Part shown: positions 13,045 to 23,560 of the stretch, piece after piece
Layout of the letters: every line of letters begins with the position of its first letter
Position numbering within the stretch: position 1 is the first letter of the stretch
Assembly: GCA_963796955.1 (NCBI GenBank)
Contig: CAWCNJ010000005.1
Coordinates: 128,001 to 192,000, forward strand
Direction of reading: 5' to 3'
DNA length: 64,000 nucleotides
Source of the DNA: Endomicrobiales bacterium
GTDB lineage: Bacteria; Elusimicrobiota; Endomicrobiia; Endomicrobiales; JALOBY01
Notes under the pieces: generated by a model
What the model saw: only the letters and a program-made list of their open reading frames with translations
Database searches by the model: none
Told to the model about the DNA's origin: nothing
Position numbers and translations under genes: made by a program

Positions 13045-15565
13045 ATGCCTGAAGAAAAAGATAACAAAGCATTGCCACCGGAACAACCAGTAAACCCGAA
13101 CATTTCACCGCGGGCCATCGAAGACGAGATGAAGACGCTACATAGATTATTCGATGTAGGTTATCGTCGGAAGAGCTCTGCCGGATGTGCGTGACGGTTT
13201 AAAGCCGGTGCACCGGCGCATACTTTATACCATGAAGGAAATGGGCCTGCGCCACAACACAGCCTATAAGAAATCAGCCCGCGTTGTCGGCGACGTGCTT
13301 GGTAAATACCATCCGCACGGCGACACCGCGGTCTACGACTCCATGGTGCGCATGGTGCAGGACTTTTCGCTCCGGTATCCGATGGTGGACGGTCAGGGAA
13401 ACTTCGGCTCCGTTGACGGCGACTCACCTGCCGCCATGCGTTACACCGAAGTGCGCCTTGCCGGCATCGCCGACGAGATGCTCGCCGACCTGGATAAAGA
13501 CACGGTGGATTTTTCACCCAACTACGACGGCTCTTTGCTGGAACCCGTGATACTGCCTGCAAAAATACCAAACCTGCTCATTAACGGCTCCACCGGTATC
13601 GCCGTTGGTATGGCAACGAATATTCCGTCCCATAATCTTTCAGAGGTCGTGGATGCGACGATCTGCGTGATAGACAACCCCAATATAGAGATCGCCGAGA
13701 TCTGCAAAGTAATAAAAGGGCCCGACTGGCCGACCGCAGGTATCATCCACGGGCGGGCCGGCATCAAACAATATATGGAAACCGGCCGCGGCTCCGTTGT
13801 TACCCGCGCCAAGACCGAGATAGAAGATATTAAGGGAAACCGTCAGGCCATCATTATTAACGAACTGCCGTACCAGGTGAACAAAGCCACCCTGCTTGAA
13901 ACCATCGCCGACCTGGTCCGCGATAAAAAGATAGAAGATATCTCCGACCTGCGCGACGAATCCGACCGCGACGGTATCCGTGTTGTTATCGAGATCAAGC
14001 GCGACGGTAACGCCCAGATCGTGCTGAACCAGCTCTTCAAGCACACCCAGATGGAGAACAGTTTCGGCGTGATCATGCTGGCGCTCGTCAACAACCGCCC
14101 GAAGGTCATGAACATCAAGGAAATGCTGTACCACTTTATCGAGCACAGAAAAGTGGTGGTCGTGCGCCGCACAAAATTCGAGCTTGCCAAGGCCGAGGCG
14201 CGCGCCCATATATTAGAGGGCTTGAAGATCGCTCTCGACAACCTGGACGCCGTCATCAAGACCATTAAGGAATCAAAAGATACCGACAACGCCCGTATAC
14301 GTTTGATGGAAAAATTCAAACTGTCCAAACTGCAGGCGCAGGCCATTTTGGATATGCGGCTGCAATCGCTGACGGGCCTTGAGCGCAACAAGATCGAAGA
14401 AGAATATCTGGAACTGATAAAGCTGATAGAAAAGCTGAAAGGCATACTTGCCGATTCGCGCAAAGTTCTCGACATCATTAAAACGGAACTGCTGGAAGTG
14501 AAAGAAAAATACGGCGATGAGCGCCGCACGAAGATCCTGGCGCAGGCCGCCGAAGATTTCGCGATAGAAGACCTGATCCAGGAAGAGGACGTGGTCGTAA
14601 CGCTGTCACACGCGGGCTACATTAAACGCCTGCCGGCCACGACCTACCGCGCACAGCGCAGGGGCGGCAAAGGCATTATGGGCGTTACCACGCGCGAGGA
14701 TGATTTCGCGGAGTCGATGTTCGTAACCTCCACGCACGCTTTCCTGCTGTTGTTCACCAACAAGGGCCGCGTCTACTGGCTGCGCGTATTTGAGATCCCC
14801 GAAGGGTCGCGCACCGGCAAAGGCAAGGCGATCGTGAACCTGCTGCAAATATCTTCGTCGGACGAGAAGATAACGGCGGCTATTCCCATACGGTCGTTCG
14901 AGGAAGAGAAGAAGTGTTTCCTGATCATGTGCACCAAGTTCGGCACTATCAAAAAGACGCCGCTTGAAGAATATGCCAACCAGCGCAAGGGCGGTATAAT
15001 CGCTATTAATTTGGACGACAACGACACGCTGATAGAAGTTAAATATACCGACGGCTCCGCCCAGATAATTATCGCGACAAAAATGGGCACCGCGATACGC
15101 TTTAAAGAAGAGAACGTACGCCCCATCGGCCGCGTCGGCCGCGGCGTCAGAGGCATCACGCTGGAAGACGGCGATGAAGTAATCGGCATGGAAGCGGTTG
15201 AGGACGAAAAAGACATTTTCCTTACCGCCAGCGAGAACGGCTACGGTAAACGCACCAAAGTAAGCGAATACCGTTTGCAGACGCGCGGCGGCAAGGGTGT
15301 TATAAATATGAAGACCAACGAGCGCAACGGCAAGGTCATCGGCATTAAGAAAGCCAATGACGGCGACGATCTGATGCTTATGACGGAAAAAGGCATTTCC
15401 ATCCGCCAGCCGATGAAAGACATCTCCATTATCGGCCGCAATGTGCAGGGTGTGCGCCTGGTCCGTCTGGAAGAGGGCGACAGGCTTGCGGCGATCGCCG
15501 CCGTGGTAAAAGAAGAAGAAGCCGCTCCGGGCGAAGCCGGGCCCGAACCGGAGGAAAAGAAATAG
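13045..15565 (+). CDS. gyrA: DNA gyrase subunit A (indel and in-frame stop near 13135-13160)
   Basis: ATG at 13045 after [28 protein letters not shown] and the GyrA-box QRRGGKG. Confidence 0.95.
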
Positions 15566-15568
15566 GTA

Positions 15569-16621
15569 ATGTACGCCTACGCGGGTTCTCTTCACCTTCA
15601 TTCCAGCTTTTCTTTCGACGGGAATGTGCACCCGCGGGAAATGATCGCCGCCGCAAAAAAATGCGGTCTTAACTTTATCGTTATCACCGACCATTTCCGC
15701 ATGGACGCGCAGGCGGACGGCTGGGCCGGCTGGCACGACGGCGTGTTTGTGCTGATCGGCGAAGAGATCTCCCCGCGCTACAACCATTGCCTGGCGCTGG
15801 GTATAACTAAACCCGTTATCGCCTGGAAAAAATCCTCGCAGCCGCAGGACTATATAGACGCGGTCGCCGAGCAGGGCGGTTTTTGTCTGGTAGCGCACCC
15901 CGATCACACCGGCGCGCCGCTCTTCGGCATAAAGGCCTACACGTGGAAGGACTGGAGCGTTAAAGGCTTCGCCGGTATGAGCATCTGGGACCTGATGACC
16001 GACTGGCAGGAAAAGCTTACCTCTATTCCGGCGGCCCTGTGGGCCTATTTGTTCCCCACCTGGTTCCTCAGCGGCCCCAAGCAGGAAACGCTGCGGCGCT
16101 GGGACGAAATGAACCGGAAGGGAAAAGTCTTCGGTTTCGGCGAGATAGACAACCATAATTCATTGAAGATGATGTGGGGTGTGCCCTTCAGGATATTCCC
16201 GTTCCACTATGCCTTCTCGACGGTGCGCACCCATGTGCTGCTGCCGGTGGAACTGAGCAGCGATAACGATACCGCCCGCTCGCAGCTGCTGGCGGCCATT
16301 AAGAACGGCAACTCCTACGTCTCCCAGGATAAATGGCGTAACGCCACTGGCTTCGAATTCAGGATATATAACGATGGTGCAATCGCGCACATAGGCGGCG
16401 AACTGGCCCTTGCGGGAAAACCCGCGCTGCTGGAAGCTAAGATCCCGCGCAACGGGATAGTGCGGGTCCTGCGCGACGGCGTGCTGATAGCGGAAGAACG
16501 CAAACGCTCCATACAGGTGGCAATCGACAGCCCCGGCGTATACCGCGTCGAGGCGCAACAGATGATGTTCGGCTTCAAAAAACCCTGGATATTCTCAAAT
16601 CCGATTTTTGTGAGACAATAA
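15569..16621 (+). CDS. PHP-domain metallohydrolase
   Basis: HLHSSFSFDG, ITDH, GEEI, AHP and DNH metal-ligand motifs. Confidence 0.75.
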   Translation: MYAYAGSLHLHSSFSFDGNVHPREMIAAAKKCGLNFIVITDHFRMDAQADGWAGWHDGVFVLIGEEISPRYNHCLALGITKPVIAWKKSSQPQDYIDAVAEQGGFCLVAHPDHTGAPLFGIKAYTWKDWSVKGFAGMSIWDLMTDWQEKLTSIPAALWAYLFPTWFLSGPKQETLRRWDEMNRKGKVFGFGEIDNHNSLKMMWGVPFRIFPFHYAFSTVRTHVLLPVELSSDNDTARSQLLAAIKNGNSYVSQDKWRNATGFEFRIYNDGAIAHIGGELALAGKPALLEAKIPRNGIVRVLRDGVLIAEERKRSIQVAIDSPGVYRVEAQQMMFGFKKPWIFSNPIFVRQ

Positions 16622-16622
16622 T

Positions 16623-17483
16623 ATGGCGATAATAGACGGAAAAAAGATCTCCGCGGGACTGCGCGAAGAGCTCAAGAAAGAAATAGCCGCTCTGTCGTTC
16701 AAACCGGGCCTGGCCACCATCCTGGTGGGTGAAGACCCCGCCAGCCATGTCTATGTCAACAACAAGATCAAGGCCTGCAAAGAGCTGGGTATCGCTTCCT
16801 TTCACCACCCGCTGGCGAAAACCGCGACCAACGACCAGATACTGGCGTTGATACGCGAACTGAACGATTCGCCGAACGTGCACGGTATTTTGCTGCAACT
16901 CCCGCTGCCGCCGGGGCTTGACGGCGAAGCCTGCGTGGCTGCAATTGCACCGGCAAAAGATGTTGACGGCCTGCACCCGTACAACCAGGGTTTGCTGCTC
17001 AGCTCTAAAAATTGGAAAGAGATGGCCGCCGGTAAACTCCTTATGCCGTGCACGCCCTACGGATCTATCATATTGCTGCAAAAATACGGCGTGAACCTGA
17101 ATGGTGCCCGCGCGGTGGTGGTAGGCCGTTCCGCGCTCGCCGGAAAACCGATAGCGCTTATGCTGTTGGCGAACAACGCGACGGTAACGATAGCCCATTC
17201 GCGCACCCACAACCTGCCTGCCCTCTGCCGCGAGGCCGACATTCTCGTCGCCGCGATCGGCAAGCCGCAATTCATAACGAAAGATTTTGTTAAGCCCGGG
17301 GCGACGGTCATCGACATAGGCATTAACCGCACCGAGAGCGGTCTGTGCGGCGATGTGGATTACGCGGGCGTAAAAGATATCGCGGGCCTTATCACGCCGG
17401 TCCCCGGCGGCGTCGGCGCCACGACCATTACCATGTTGATGAAGAACACCGTGCTTGCCGCAAAAGCCATAGAGGGCACATGA
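16623..17483 (+). CDS. folD: Methylene-THF dehydrogenase/cyclohydrolase
   Basis: LQLPLP, KDVDG, PCTP, GRS..VG-type motif and TPVPGGVG. Confidence 0.97.
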   Translation: MAIIDGKKISAGLREELKKEIAALSFKPGLATILVGEDPASHVYVNNKIKACKELGIASFHHPLAKTATNDQILALIRELNDSPNVHGILLQLPLPPGLDGEACVAAIAPAKDVDGLHPYNQGLLLSSKNWKEMAAGKLLMPCTPYGSIILLQKYGVNLNGARAVVVGRSALAGKPIALMLLANNATVTIAHSRTHNLPALCREADILVAAIGKPQFITKDFVKPGATVIDIGINRTESGLCGDVDYAGVKDIAGLITPVPGGVGATTITMLMKNTVLAAKAIEGT

Positions 17484-18013
17484 AGGCGATAACTCTTACA
17501 CCCGTGCCGGGCACGCAAAAAGTGCTGGATATGCTGGAAAAAAAAGGCGCCATTCGCTGTCTGCGGCCCAGCAAAGAACTGGCGGCGGGCACATGCAAAT
17601 GGAATATTCAGACGCACTATACGACGGCGCCGCGGTTCGGCACGCATAAGCTGATGGCGGTGCTCAAGGATTCAACGCAGATCGCGCTGACCACGCACCC
17701 GGATAACGAAGATATTATTTTGATAAACAACACAGGCAAAAACTATAAACCCCTGTACCTGATCACCGCGCTTATGACACAGAAAAAATTCGAGGACAAA
17801 GCCCGCAGGGGCGCCGTTACGGCAAAAGACGTGGTGGCCGTTGAATTGCAGTATAACACCGGTACCAGCGTATTCACCGTGCTGAAAGATATTCCGCACT
17901 GCGAGATCACGGTGCCCGGTAAAGGTACGGATCCCGTTTTCTTTGTGACGGAACCGGCTGATTTCGCGATGGACATGGTCGCTCAGGCAGGCTATACTTT
18001 CGTGCTGAAATAG
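17480..18013 (+). CDS. Hypothetical protein (possibly cupin-like)
   Basis: ATGA overlap with the folD stop; H-P-D-N-E and P-H-C-E could be metal ligands. Confidence 0.6.
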   Translation: MKAITLTPVPGTQKVLDMLEKKGAIRCLRPSKELAAGTCKWNIQTHYTTAPRFGTHKLMAVLKDSTQIALTTHPDNEDIILINNTGKNYKPLYLITALMTQKKFEDKARRGAVTAKDVVAVELQYNTGTSVFTVLKDIPHCEITVPGKGTDPVFFVTEPADFAMDMVAQAGYTFVLK

Positions 18014-18023
18014 GAAAACCCGC

Positions 18024-18848
18024 ATGCCGATACAATTTCTGATAAATATAGTAGTCCCGCTGCTCGCCGGTCTGACGTTCTTCGCGATGGCGACCGAGAT
18101 CAACCGCGTCAGCGCCGTGCGAAAGATGATCTTCGGCGAGGTCGGTTATAAGAAAGTTTTCGTCGCCTTCTTGCTGCTGGGCATCTATTTTGTGACCCGC
18201 CCGCTGCAAAATATACTTGGTCCCCATCCCTGGCCGATGATCGTCAACTGCGCCAGGCAGGTATTTTTAATGGCCGTTATCGCGCCCGCGATACTGGTAG
18301 GCATTTTGCACTGGGTGCCGCGGGAAAAAGGCATGCCGAAATCGGCGACGTGGGCGGCCTACGGCGTCGGGATACTGTCCGCGGTTATCTTTCTCTTGAT
18401 CAACCGGGTCGTGATAACCGGTTCCCATGAGATAGCCCATTACGGCGGCATCACCATGTATGATCCCGTCTGGGGCGCGACGGGGACCGGCAGCGCTGAA
18501 CTGATCATCATTCATCTTATATCGCAGCTGATATCGCCCGTCGGGTTTTTCATCCTGGCGGCCGCCTATGTGCGCCATCGCCGGTATAATTATCCGCTGG
18601 TGGAAGTATATAATCTGATACCCGTGAAATGGAAATATCTGGAGATAAGCCTGCTGATATTCGCCGGCTCATGGCTTGCCGCCGGCTTTGCCGCATTGTT
18701 CGGCCAGTATTACACCTATTTGTGGGTCATATATTTCGCGGGCTCGGCGATAGCCGGTCTTATAGAGATGGAAGGCGTAAAAATGCCGCCGCGCGAAGCG
18801 CCTGCCGATCTTGCCAACATAGAAGATGATCCGGAATCAGGAGATTGA
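18024..18848 (+). CDS. Hypothetical multi-pass membrane protein (about 7 TM)
   Basis: About 7 hydrophobic segments; RBS AGGA upstream. Confidence 0.65.
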   Translation: MPIQFLINIVVPLLAGLTFFAMATEINRVSAVRKMIFGEVGYKKVFVAFLLLGIYFVTRPLQNILGPHPWPMIVNCARQVFLMAVIAPAILVGILHWVPREKGMPKSATWAAYGVGILSAVIFLLINRVVITGSHEIAHYGGITMYDPVWGATGTGSAELIIIHLISQLISPVGFFILAAAYVRHRRYNYPLVEVYNLIPVKWKYLEISLLIFAGSWLAAGFAALFGQYYTYLWVIYFAGSAIAGLIEMEGVKMPPREAPADLANIEDDPESGD

Positions 18849-18881
18849 TCAGAAGCAATAAAAAACCAGGAGGGAAAACAC

Positions 18882-19115
18882 ATGCCTTACGATCAGAGTT
18901 TAGACAAACAGTTGTTCACAAAAGCCTTTGAGACGGACGCGGGAAAGATCATCGTCAGCGTATATTCGTACAACGGCGGGGCCAAGAAACTTCAGCTTTC
19001 CAGAGAGACCACCGACAAGGAAGGGAAACCGACCTTCGCGAAGCTCGGCCGCATGACCAAGGAAGAAGTTGAAGGCGTCCTTCCCGTCATAGCCGAAGCG
19101 ATGAAGAATCTATAA
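18882..19115 (+). CDS. Small hypothetical protein (PC4/whirly-like pattern)
   Basis: Strong RBS AGGAGG; VSVYSYNGG.KKLQLSR pattern. Confidence 0.6.
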   Translation: MPYDQSLDKQLFTKAFETDAGKIIVSVYSYNGGAKKLQLSRETTDKEGKPTFAKLGRMTKEEVEGVLPVIAEAMKNL

Positions 19116-19131
19116 CGGCAATTAAAAATTT

Positions 19132-19198
19132 GAAAATTCGAAGATTATGAAGATTAAAACCCTGTGATAAGGTTTTAATTTTCTAATCTTCGATTTTC
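19132..19198. terminator. Long imperfect hairpin between convergent genes
   Basis: GAAAATTCGAAGATTATGAAGATTAAAACC / GGTTTTAATTTTCTAATCTTCGATTTTC. Confidence 0.65.
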
Positions 19199-21616
19199 TT
19201 AATCTTTAATTGTCATAAGTCTTTTAACGAGGGGTGCCGCTTCTACGGCATCTCTCGCGTAGCTGTCAGCGCCTATCTCTTTCGTAAATTTTTCTGTTAC
19301 TGGCGCGCCGCCCAGCACTATCTTGAATGTTCCGCCCTGCGCGGTCCGTTGTTTTACCACTTCTTCCATTTCCAGCATCGTCGTGGTCATCAGCGCCGAT
19401 AGTCCTACCACCGGCACATTATTTTTTATCGCTATTTTAACAATATCTTCCGCCGCAATGTTCTTCCCCAGGTCCAGCACCTCAAAGCCGTGGCTTTCCA
19501 ATACCGCGGCCACTATATTCTTGCCGATATCATGTACGTCGCCTTTTACCGTAGCCAGTATGACCTTCCCGGCGGAAAAACCGCCCACCGAGGCCAGCAG
19601 CGGTTTGATAACGCCAAACGCCGTCTGCGCGGCTTCCGCCGCCAATATCACCTGCGGCAGGAAATATTCCTTATCGTTGAACTTTTTCCCCACCTCATTG
19701 AGCGCGGCGAGCAGTATGTCGTTGGCTATTACCAGCGGTTCTTTGCCGGCCGCGATAAGCGCTCTAACAAAACCCGCGATCTCTTCACGGTTCCCTTCCA
19801 CGACCGCCTGACGCAACGACTGCTCCGGTGTCAGCGTCTGTGCCGCCGCCGAGGCCGCTGTTTTCTTTGGTGCGCCGCCGTACGCGGCGATATAGCTGCC
19901 GCCATTGGGGTCTTTGTCAAGCAGGACATCGGCTGCTTTTTCGTCGAAAATACTCCAGTCTTCATGCGGGTTAAGTATCGCGAAATCAAGTCCCGCTTTC
20001 AGCGCCATATTCAAAAACGTGGCGTTCAGCAGCTGACGCGCAGGCATGCCGAATGAAATGTTAGAGACCCCGAGTATCGTTTTAACGTTCGGCCAGCGTT
20101 CCTTGGATCGGCGGATCGCCTCCAGCGTTTCATTGACCTGCCCGGGCATGGCGGAAACGGCCAGCGTCAGATAATCGATGATGATTTCGCTCTCGGGAAT
20201 ACCCGCCGCAACGGCCGTATCAATAATGCGCGAGGCGATCGCAAGGCGGTCGGCGGTCGTTTTAGGAATACCTTTTTCATCCACCGCAAGGCCCACGAGC
20301 GCCGCGCCGTAGCGTTTGGCCAACGGCACGATAATAGCCAGTTTTTCGCTCTCGCCGCTGACAGAATTAAGTATCGGTTTTCCCGCGCAGGCCTTCAGGC
20401 CCGCTTCGATCGCGGCGGGAGAACTGGAGTCTATGCACAGGGGCACGGGTACCACTTCCTGCACTTCTTCAACCGCGTGCGCCAGCAGCTCGGTCTCATT
20501 GGCGCCCGGCAGGCCCAGGTTAAGGTCCAGCACCAGCGCCCCCGCATTGACCTGTTCCTTCGCCTCCCTGCGCACGGAAGCAAAGTTCCCCGCGCCCAGT
20601 TCTTCCTGGAACTTTTTGCGGTTCGTGGGATTTATCCGTTCGCCGACCATAATAAGTTTGCCGAAGTTGTGGGCGTCAAAGGCCCTACCGCGCGATGCCA
20701 ATAGCAGCTTATCTTTTTTCGGTCGTAGTACGGGCTTTAAATTTTTTACTTTTGCGGCAAGATCTTTAATGAACTCAGGTGTGGTGCCGCAGCAGCCGCC
20801 CAGCATGTTTACGCCCAGTGCCTGTGCCGTAAGTCCCGCCTCAACGAACTCTTCACAGGTGCCGGGGAAAATAGTTTTGCGGTTCACCAGCATCGGAATG
20901 CCCGCGTTCGGCTTAAAAGATACGGGCAGCGCGGTGTTCGCGCAGATCGTTTCGATGATAGCAAGCAGGTCTTTGGGCCCCGCGGAACAATTAACGCCGA
21001 TACCGTCGGCGCCGCAGCTTTCGGCGGCAGCGACAAAAGAAAGCACGCCGGTGCCGGTCACCGTGTTGCCGTCCGGGGTAAAGGTCATCTGCGCAATGAC
21101 CGGACCGTTAAAATGGTCGCGGCAGGCGATAATGGCCGCTTTGGTCTCTCTGATCTCTGCCATGGTCTCTATGAAAATAAGGTCAGCGCCGGCTTTTTGC
21201 AAGGCCCGCGCCTGCTCGGCGAACAGCGCGTACGCGTCGTCGAAGGAAAAAGGTCCGAGCGGTGAAAGGTAGGCCCCGAGCGGTCCCATGTCGCCCGCCA
21301 CTAAAGCACCGAAGGGGGCCGCTACCTCGCGTGAGATGGTAATGCCGGCAATATTAAGTTCTTCGGTTTTATCCGCCAGACCGTAATCGGCCAGTTTGTG
21401 CCGGTTTGCGCCGAACGTGTTCGCGATAATTATGTTTGAGCCGGCTTTTAGATACTCCAGCTGCACCGTCTGAATTCGTATGGGGCATGTCAGGTTCAAT
21501 TCCTCGGGCGCACCGATATCGTCAAGATAACCGCGCTTTTGCAATTCGGTGCCCATCGCTCCGTCCAGCATCAGTATCCGTTCAGCAATAAGACTTTTAA
21601 ATTCGTTCCGGTTCAT
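19199..21616 (-). CDS. metH: B12-dependent methionine synthase (Hcy, pterin and B12 domains; no activation domain)
   Basis: LDGAMGT, GVNC, GGCCGTTP, GERINPT and DVHDIGKNIV. Confidence 0.93.
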   Translation of the reverse strand: MNRNEFKSLIAERILMLDGAMGTELQKRGYLDDIGAPEELNLTCPIRIQTVQLEYLKAGSNIIIANTFGANRHKLADYGLADKTEELNIAGITISREVAAPFGALVAGDMGPLGAYLSPLGPFSFDDAYALFAEQARALQKAGADLIFIETMAEIRETKAAIIACRDHFNGPVIAQMTFTPDGNTVTGTGVLSFVAAAESCGADGIGVNCSAGPKDLLAIIETICANTALPVSFKPNAGIPMLVNRKTIFPGTCEEFVEAGLTAQALGVNMLGGCCGTTPEFIKDLAAKVKNLKPVLRPKKDKLLLASRGRAFDAHNFGKLIMVGERINPTNRKKFQEELGAGNFASVRREAKEQVNAGALVLDLNLGLPGANETELLAHAVEEVQEVVPVPLCIDSSSPAAIEAGLKACAGKPILNSVSGESEKLAIIVPLAKRYGAALVGLAVDEKGIPKTTADRLAIASRIIDTAVAAGIPESEIIIDYLTLAVSAMPGQVNETLEAIRRSKERWPNVKTILGVSNISFGMPARQLLNATFLNMALKAGLDFAILNPHEDWSIFDEKAADVLLDKDPNGGSYIAAYGGAPKKTAASAAAQTLTPEQSLRQAVVEGNREEIAGFVRALIAAGKEPLVIANDILLAALNEVGKKFNDKEYFLPQVILAAEAAQTAFGVIKPLLASVGGFSAGKVILATVKGDVHDIGKNIVAAVLESHGFEVLDLGKNIAAEDIVKIAIKNNVPVVGLSALMTTTMLEMEEVVKQRTAQGGTFKIVLGGAPVTEKFTKEIGADSYARDAVEAAPLVKRLMTIKD

Positions 21617-22213
21617 TTACATAACTCCCAGTATCGCCGAGATAGATTTTTCCGGCAGCATCTGCGAATGTTCCGTCAGGGAAATACCGATACGGCGTGC
21701 GCCGAGCCAGTGGAGAAGATCGTTCTGCCCGGTCACCGGCCAGTCGCCGTAGCCGGGGGAAAATCTCATCGTGCAGGTCTCTCCGCGCTGCGCGGCTTCA
21801 TCGCAGAGCCGGGCGTTAGCCATCTCCGCCAGCAATTCTGCGGCCTCGGAACCGATCGCATCCAGCATCAGCGCGCGGGTTGTTTCCTTCTGTTGAATGT
21901 AGAGGGTCCTTTTTTCTTCAAGGTGGCGTCCGATAGTAACGGCAAAGCCGTACGCGGCTTTACAGGCGGCCAATAGTTTGTGGATGGAATTGCTTTTAAT
22001 GACCAGTCCGGGCTCCAGTGTGATCACGCCGGGCGCTGCCGTAATGGGCGAAAAAGCGGTTATCAGCCGCGGCATTATTAGACGGGGTGCGAACGCCATT
22101 TCTTCGTCCAGCAATTGCCTGGTACGGGCGTCAAGAAGCGTTTTGCCTTTGGCAAAGCGCAGCCTTGAAAGCACTTTATCGATCGGAACTACGATCTTCT
22201 GCGGGAATTCCAT
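21617..22213 (-). CDS. Stand-alone MetH activation domain
   Basis: DAIGS, RFSPGYGD and PEKSISA motifs; abuts metH. Confidence 0.88.
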   Translation of the reverse strand: MEFPQKIVVPIDKVLSRLRFAKGKTLLDARTRQLLDEEMAFAPRLIMPRLITAFSPITAAPGVITLEPGLVIKSNSIHKLLAACKAAYGFAVTIGRHLEEKRTLYIQQKETTRALMLDAIGSEAAELLAEMANARLCDEAAQRGETCTMRFSPGYGDWPVTGQNDLLHWLGARRIGISLTEHSQMLPEKSISAILGVM

Positions 22214-22309
22214 CCGGTAATATTACCAAAAACAGGCGGGAAACGCCAACCGCGCGGCCGCAATAGCAGGCACAATGGTGCCCGGGTTGTCGCGGCCGCG
22301 CGGCCGTAT

Positions 22310-22771
22310 TTATCGTCCGGACATCGCGGGCTCTTTAATGCCGTTCTTTTCCGTCTCGAACGTTGCGGCCAGCTCATTGGCCTTTTTGCGGTCAAAGACC
22401 TCGCGGGCATCGCTGAACAGGGTGCTTTCTTCCTCGTCAATGTGTTCTTCCACCACTTCCCGCAGCACGTCGATCTTCGCTATTCTGTGCTCCAGGTCGT
22501 CTTCGGGGACGCCCGTAATGTCCTTAATGATCTGGCGCGCGATGTTGTGTTCTTCAATGGCTTTCAGCGCGTCTTGTTTTGAAATATCGTTTTCCAGGAG
22601 CGGCGCGTAAAAAATTTTTTCTTCGCTTTGCATATGCGCGTCCAGCTCTTTTTGTATGTGCTCGAATGTGGAACTTAAAAAGCCGCTGTCCGGCTGTTCC
22701 TGCTTTTCTATGGACCTGAATAGTTTCTTGACCGTCCGGTGATCCTGCTTCAGTGCATCGTAGATGTTCAT
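22310..22771 (-). CDS. Hemerythrin-like (HHE) domain protein
   Basis: DH, H...EE, EEH and H..EEE pattern. Confidence 0.85.
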   Translation of the reverse strand: MNIYDALKQDHRTVKKLFRSIEKQEQPDSGFLSSTFEHIQKELDAHMQSEEKIFYAPLLENDISKQDALKAIEEHNIARQIIKDITGVPEDDLEHRIAKIDVLREVVEEHIDEEESTLFSDAREVFDRKKANELAATFETEKNGIKEPAMSGR

Positions 22772-22970
22772 AAACCCCCCTTTGCCCTCAATTTCTTCTG
22801 CAGTAAAAGTTTAGCACTCTACGGCGGAACGGTTAAATAGGTTGATACCGCTTTTTACTGATACCGTTGACTGCCGGCAAAAGAGTCATGTGTTGGTGGA
22901 GCCGGTCAATGGTTTAGCAACGGCGGATTTACTAGCATTGCTCATATTGTTTTTCAAGGCGGGTAACGCT

Positions 22971-23555
22971 ATGGCGCAACTATTCGGGCCTGGGGCCAAC
23001 TCCATTTTTCGTCGAAGCATACTGGCTGCGGCCCTGCTGATCGGGGCGAGCCTTGTCGTCATCGATCTGTACCCGCGTTCCAGGCTCAGCACCGGCACGG
23101 CGGGCTTTGTGCGGCAGGATATACCGTTCAGCCACGAGCATCATGTCAAGGAGATCGGTATCGATTGCCGCTTCTGTCACCAGTTCCCCGATCAAAGTTC
23201 TTTTGCGGGCCTTCCCCAGACCCAGACCTGCATGAAATGCCACCGGGTGTTATTCAAGGACGCTCCGATGCTGGCGCCCGTCAGGGAAAGTTTCAGCAGC
23301 GGGAAACCGCTCTCCTGGAACCGCGTGTACGACCTGCCCGATTTCGTTTACTTCGACCATAGCATACACGTAGCGGCGGGGGTGCAATGCCAAACCTGCC
23401 ACGGCGACCTCGGCAGCATGCCCTGGACGCGCAAGGTCGATCCCTTCTTTATGCACCGCTGTCTCCAGTGCCACTTGAAAGCGGGGGTATACGTGAAAAC
23501 CGCAACCGCCGGCGATATGACAACGCTCACGAACTGCTCAACGTGCCACAGGTAA
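22971..23555 (+). CDS. actA: Alternative complex III pentahaem cytochrome c subunit
   Basis: MAQLF start, one TM, FSH..H, five CxxCH, LPDFVYFDHS.H, C-terminal CSTCHR. Confidence 0.9.
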   Translation: MAQLFGPGANSIFRRSILAAALLIGASLVVIDLYPRSRLSTGTAGFVRQDIPFSHEHHVKEIGIDCRFCHQFPDQSSFAGLPQTQTCMKCHRVLFKDAPMLAPVRESFSSGKPLSWNRVYDLPDFVYFDHSIHVAAGVQCQTCHGDLGSMPWTRKVDPFFMHRCLQCHLKAGVYVKTATAGDMTTLTNCSTCHR

Positions 23556-23560
23556 AGATC

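Noticed and set aside
14606..16156. 516-aa antisense ORF, and similar long shadow ORFs such as 20316-21272 and 24142-25149
   Set aside because: They lie antisense to well-supported genes in GC-rich DNA and carry no motifs
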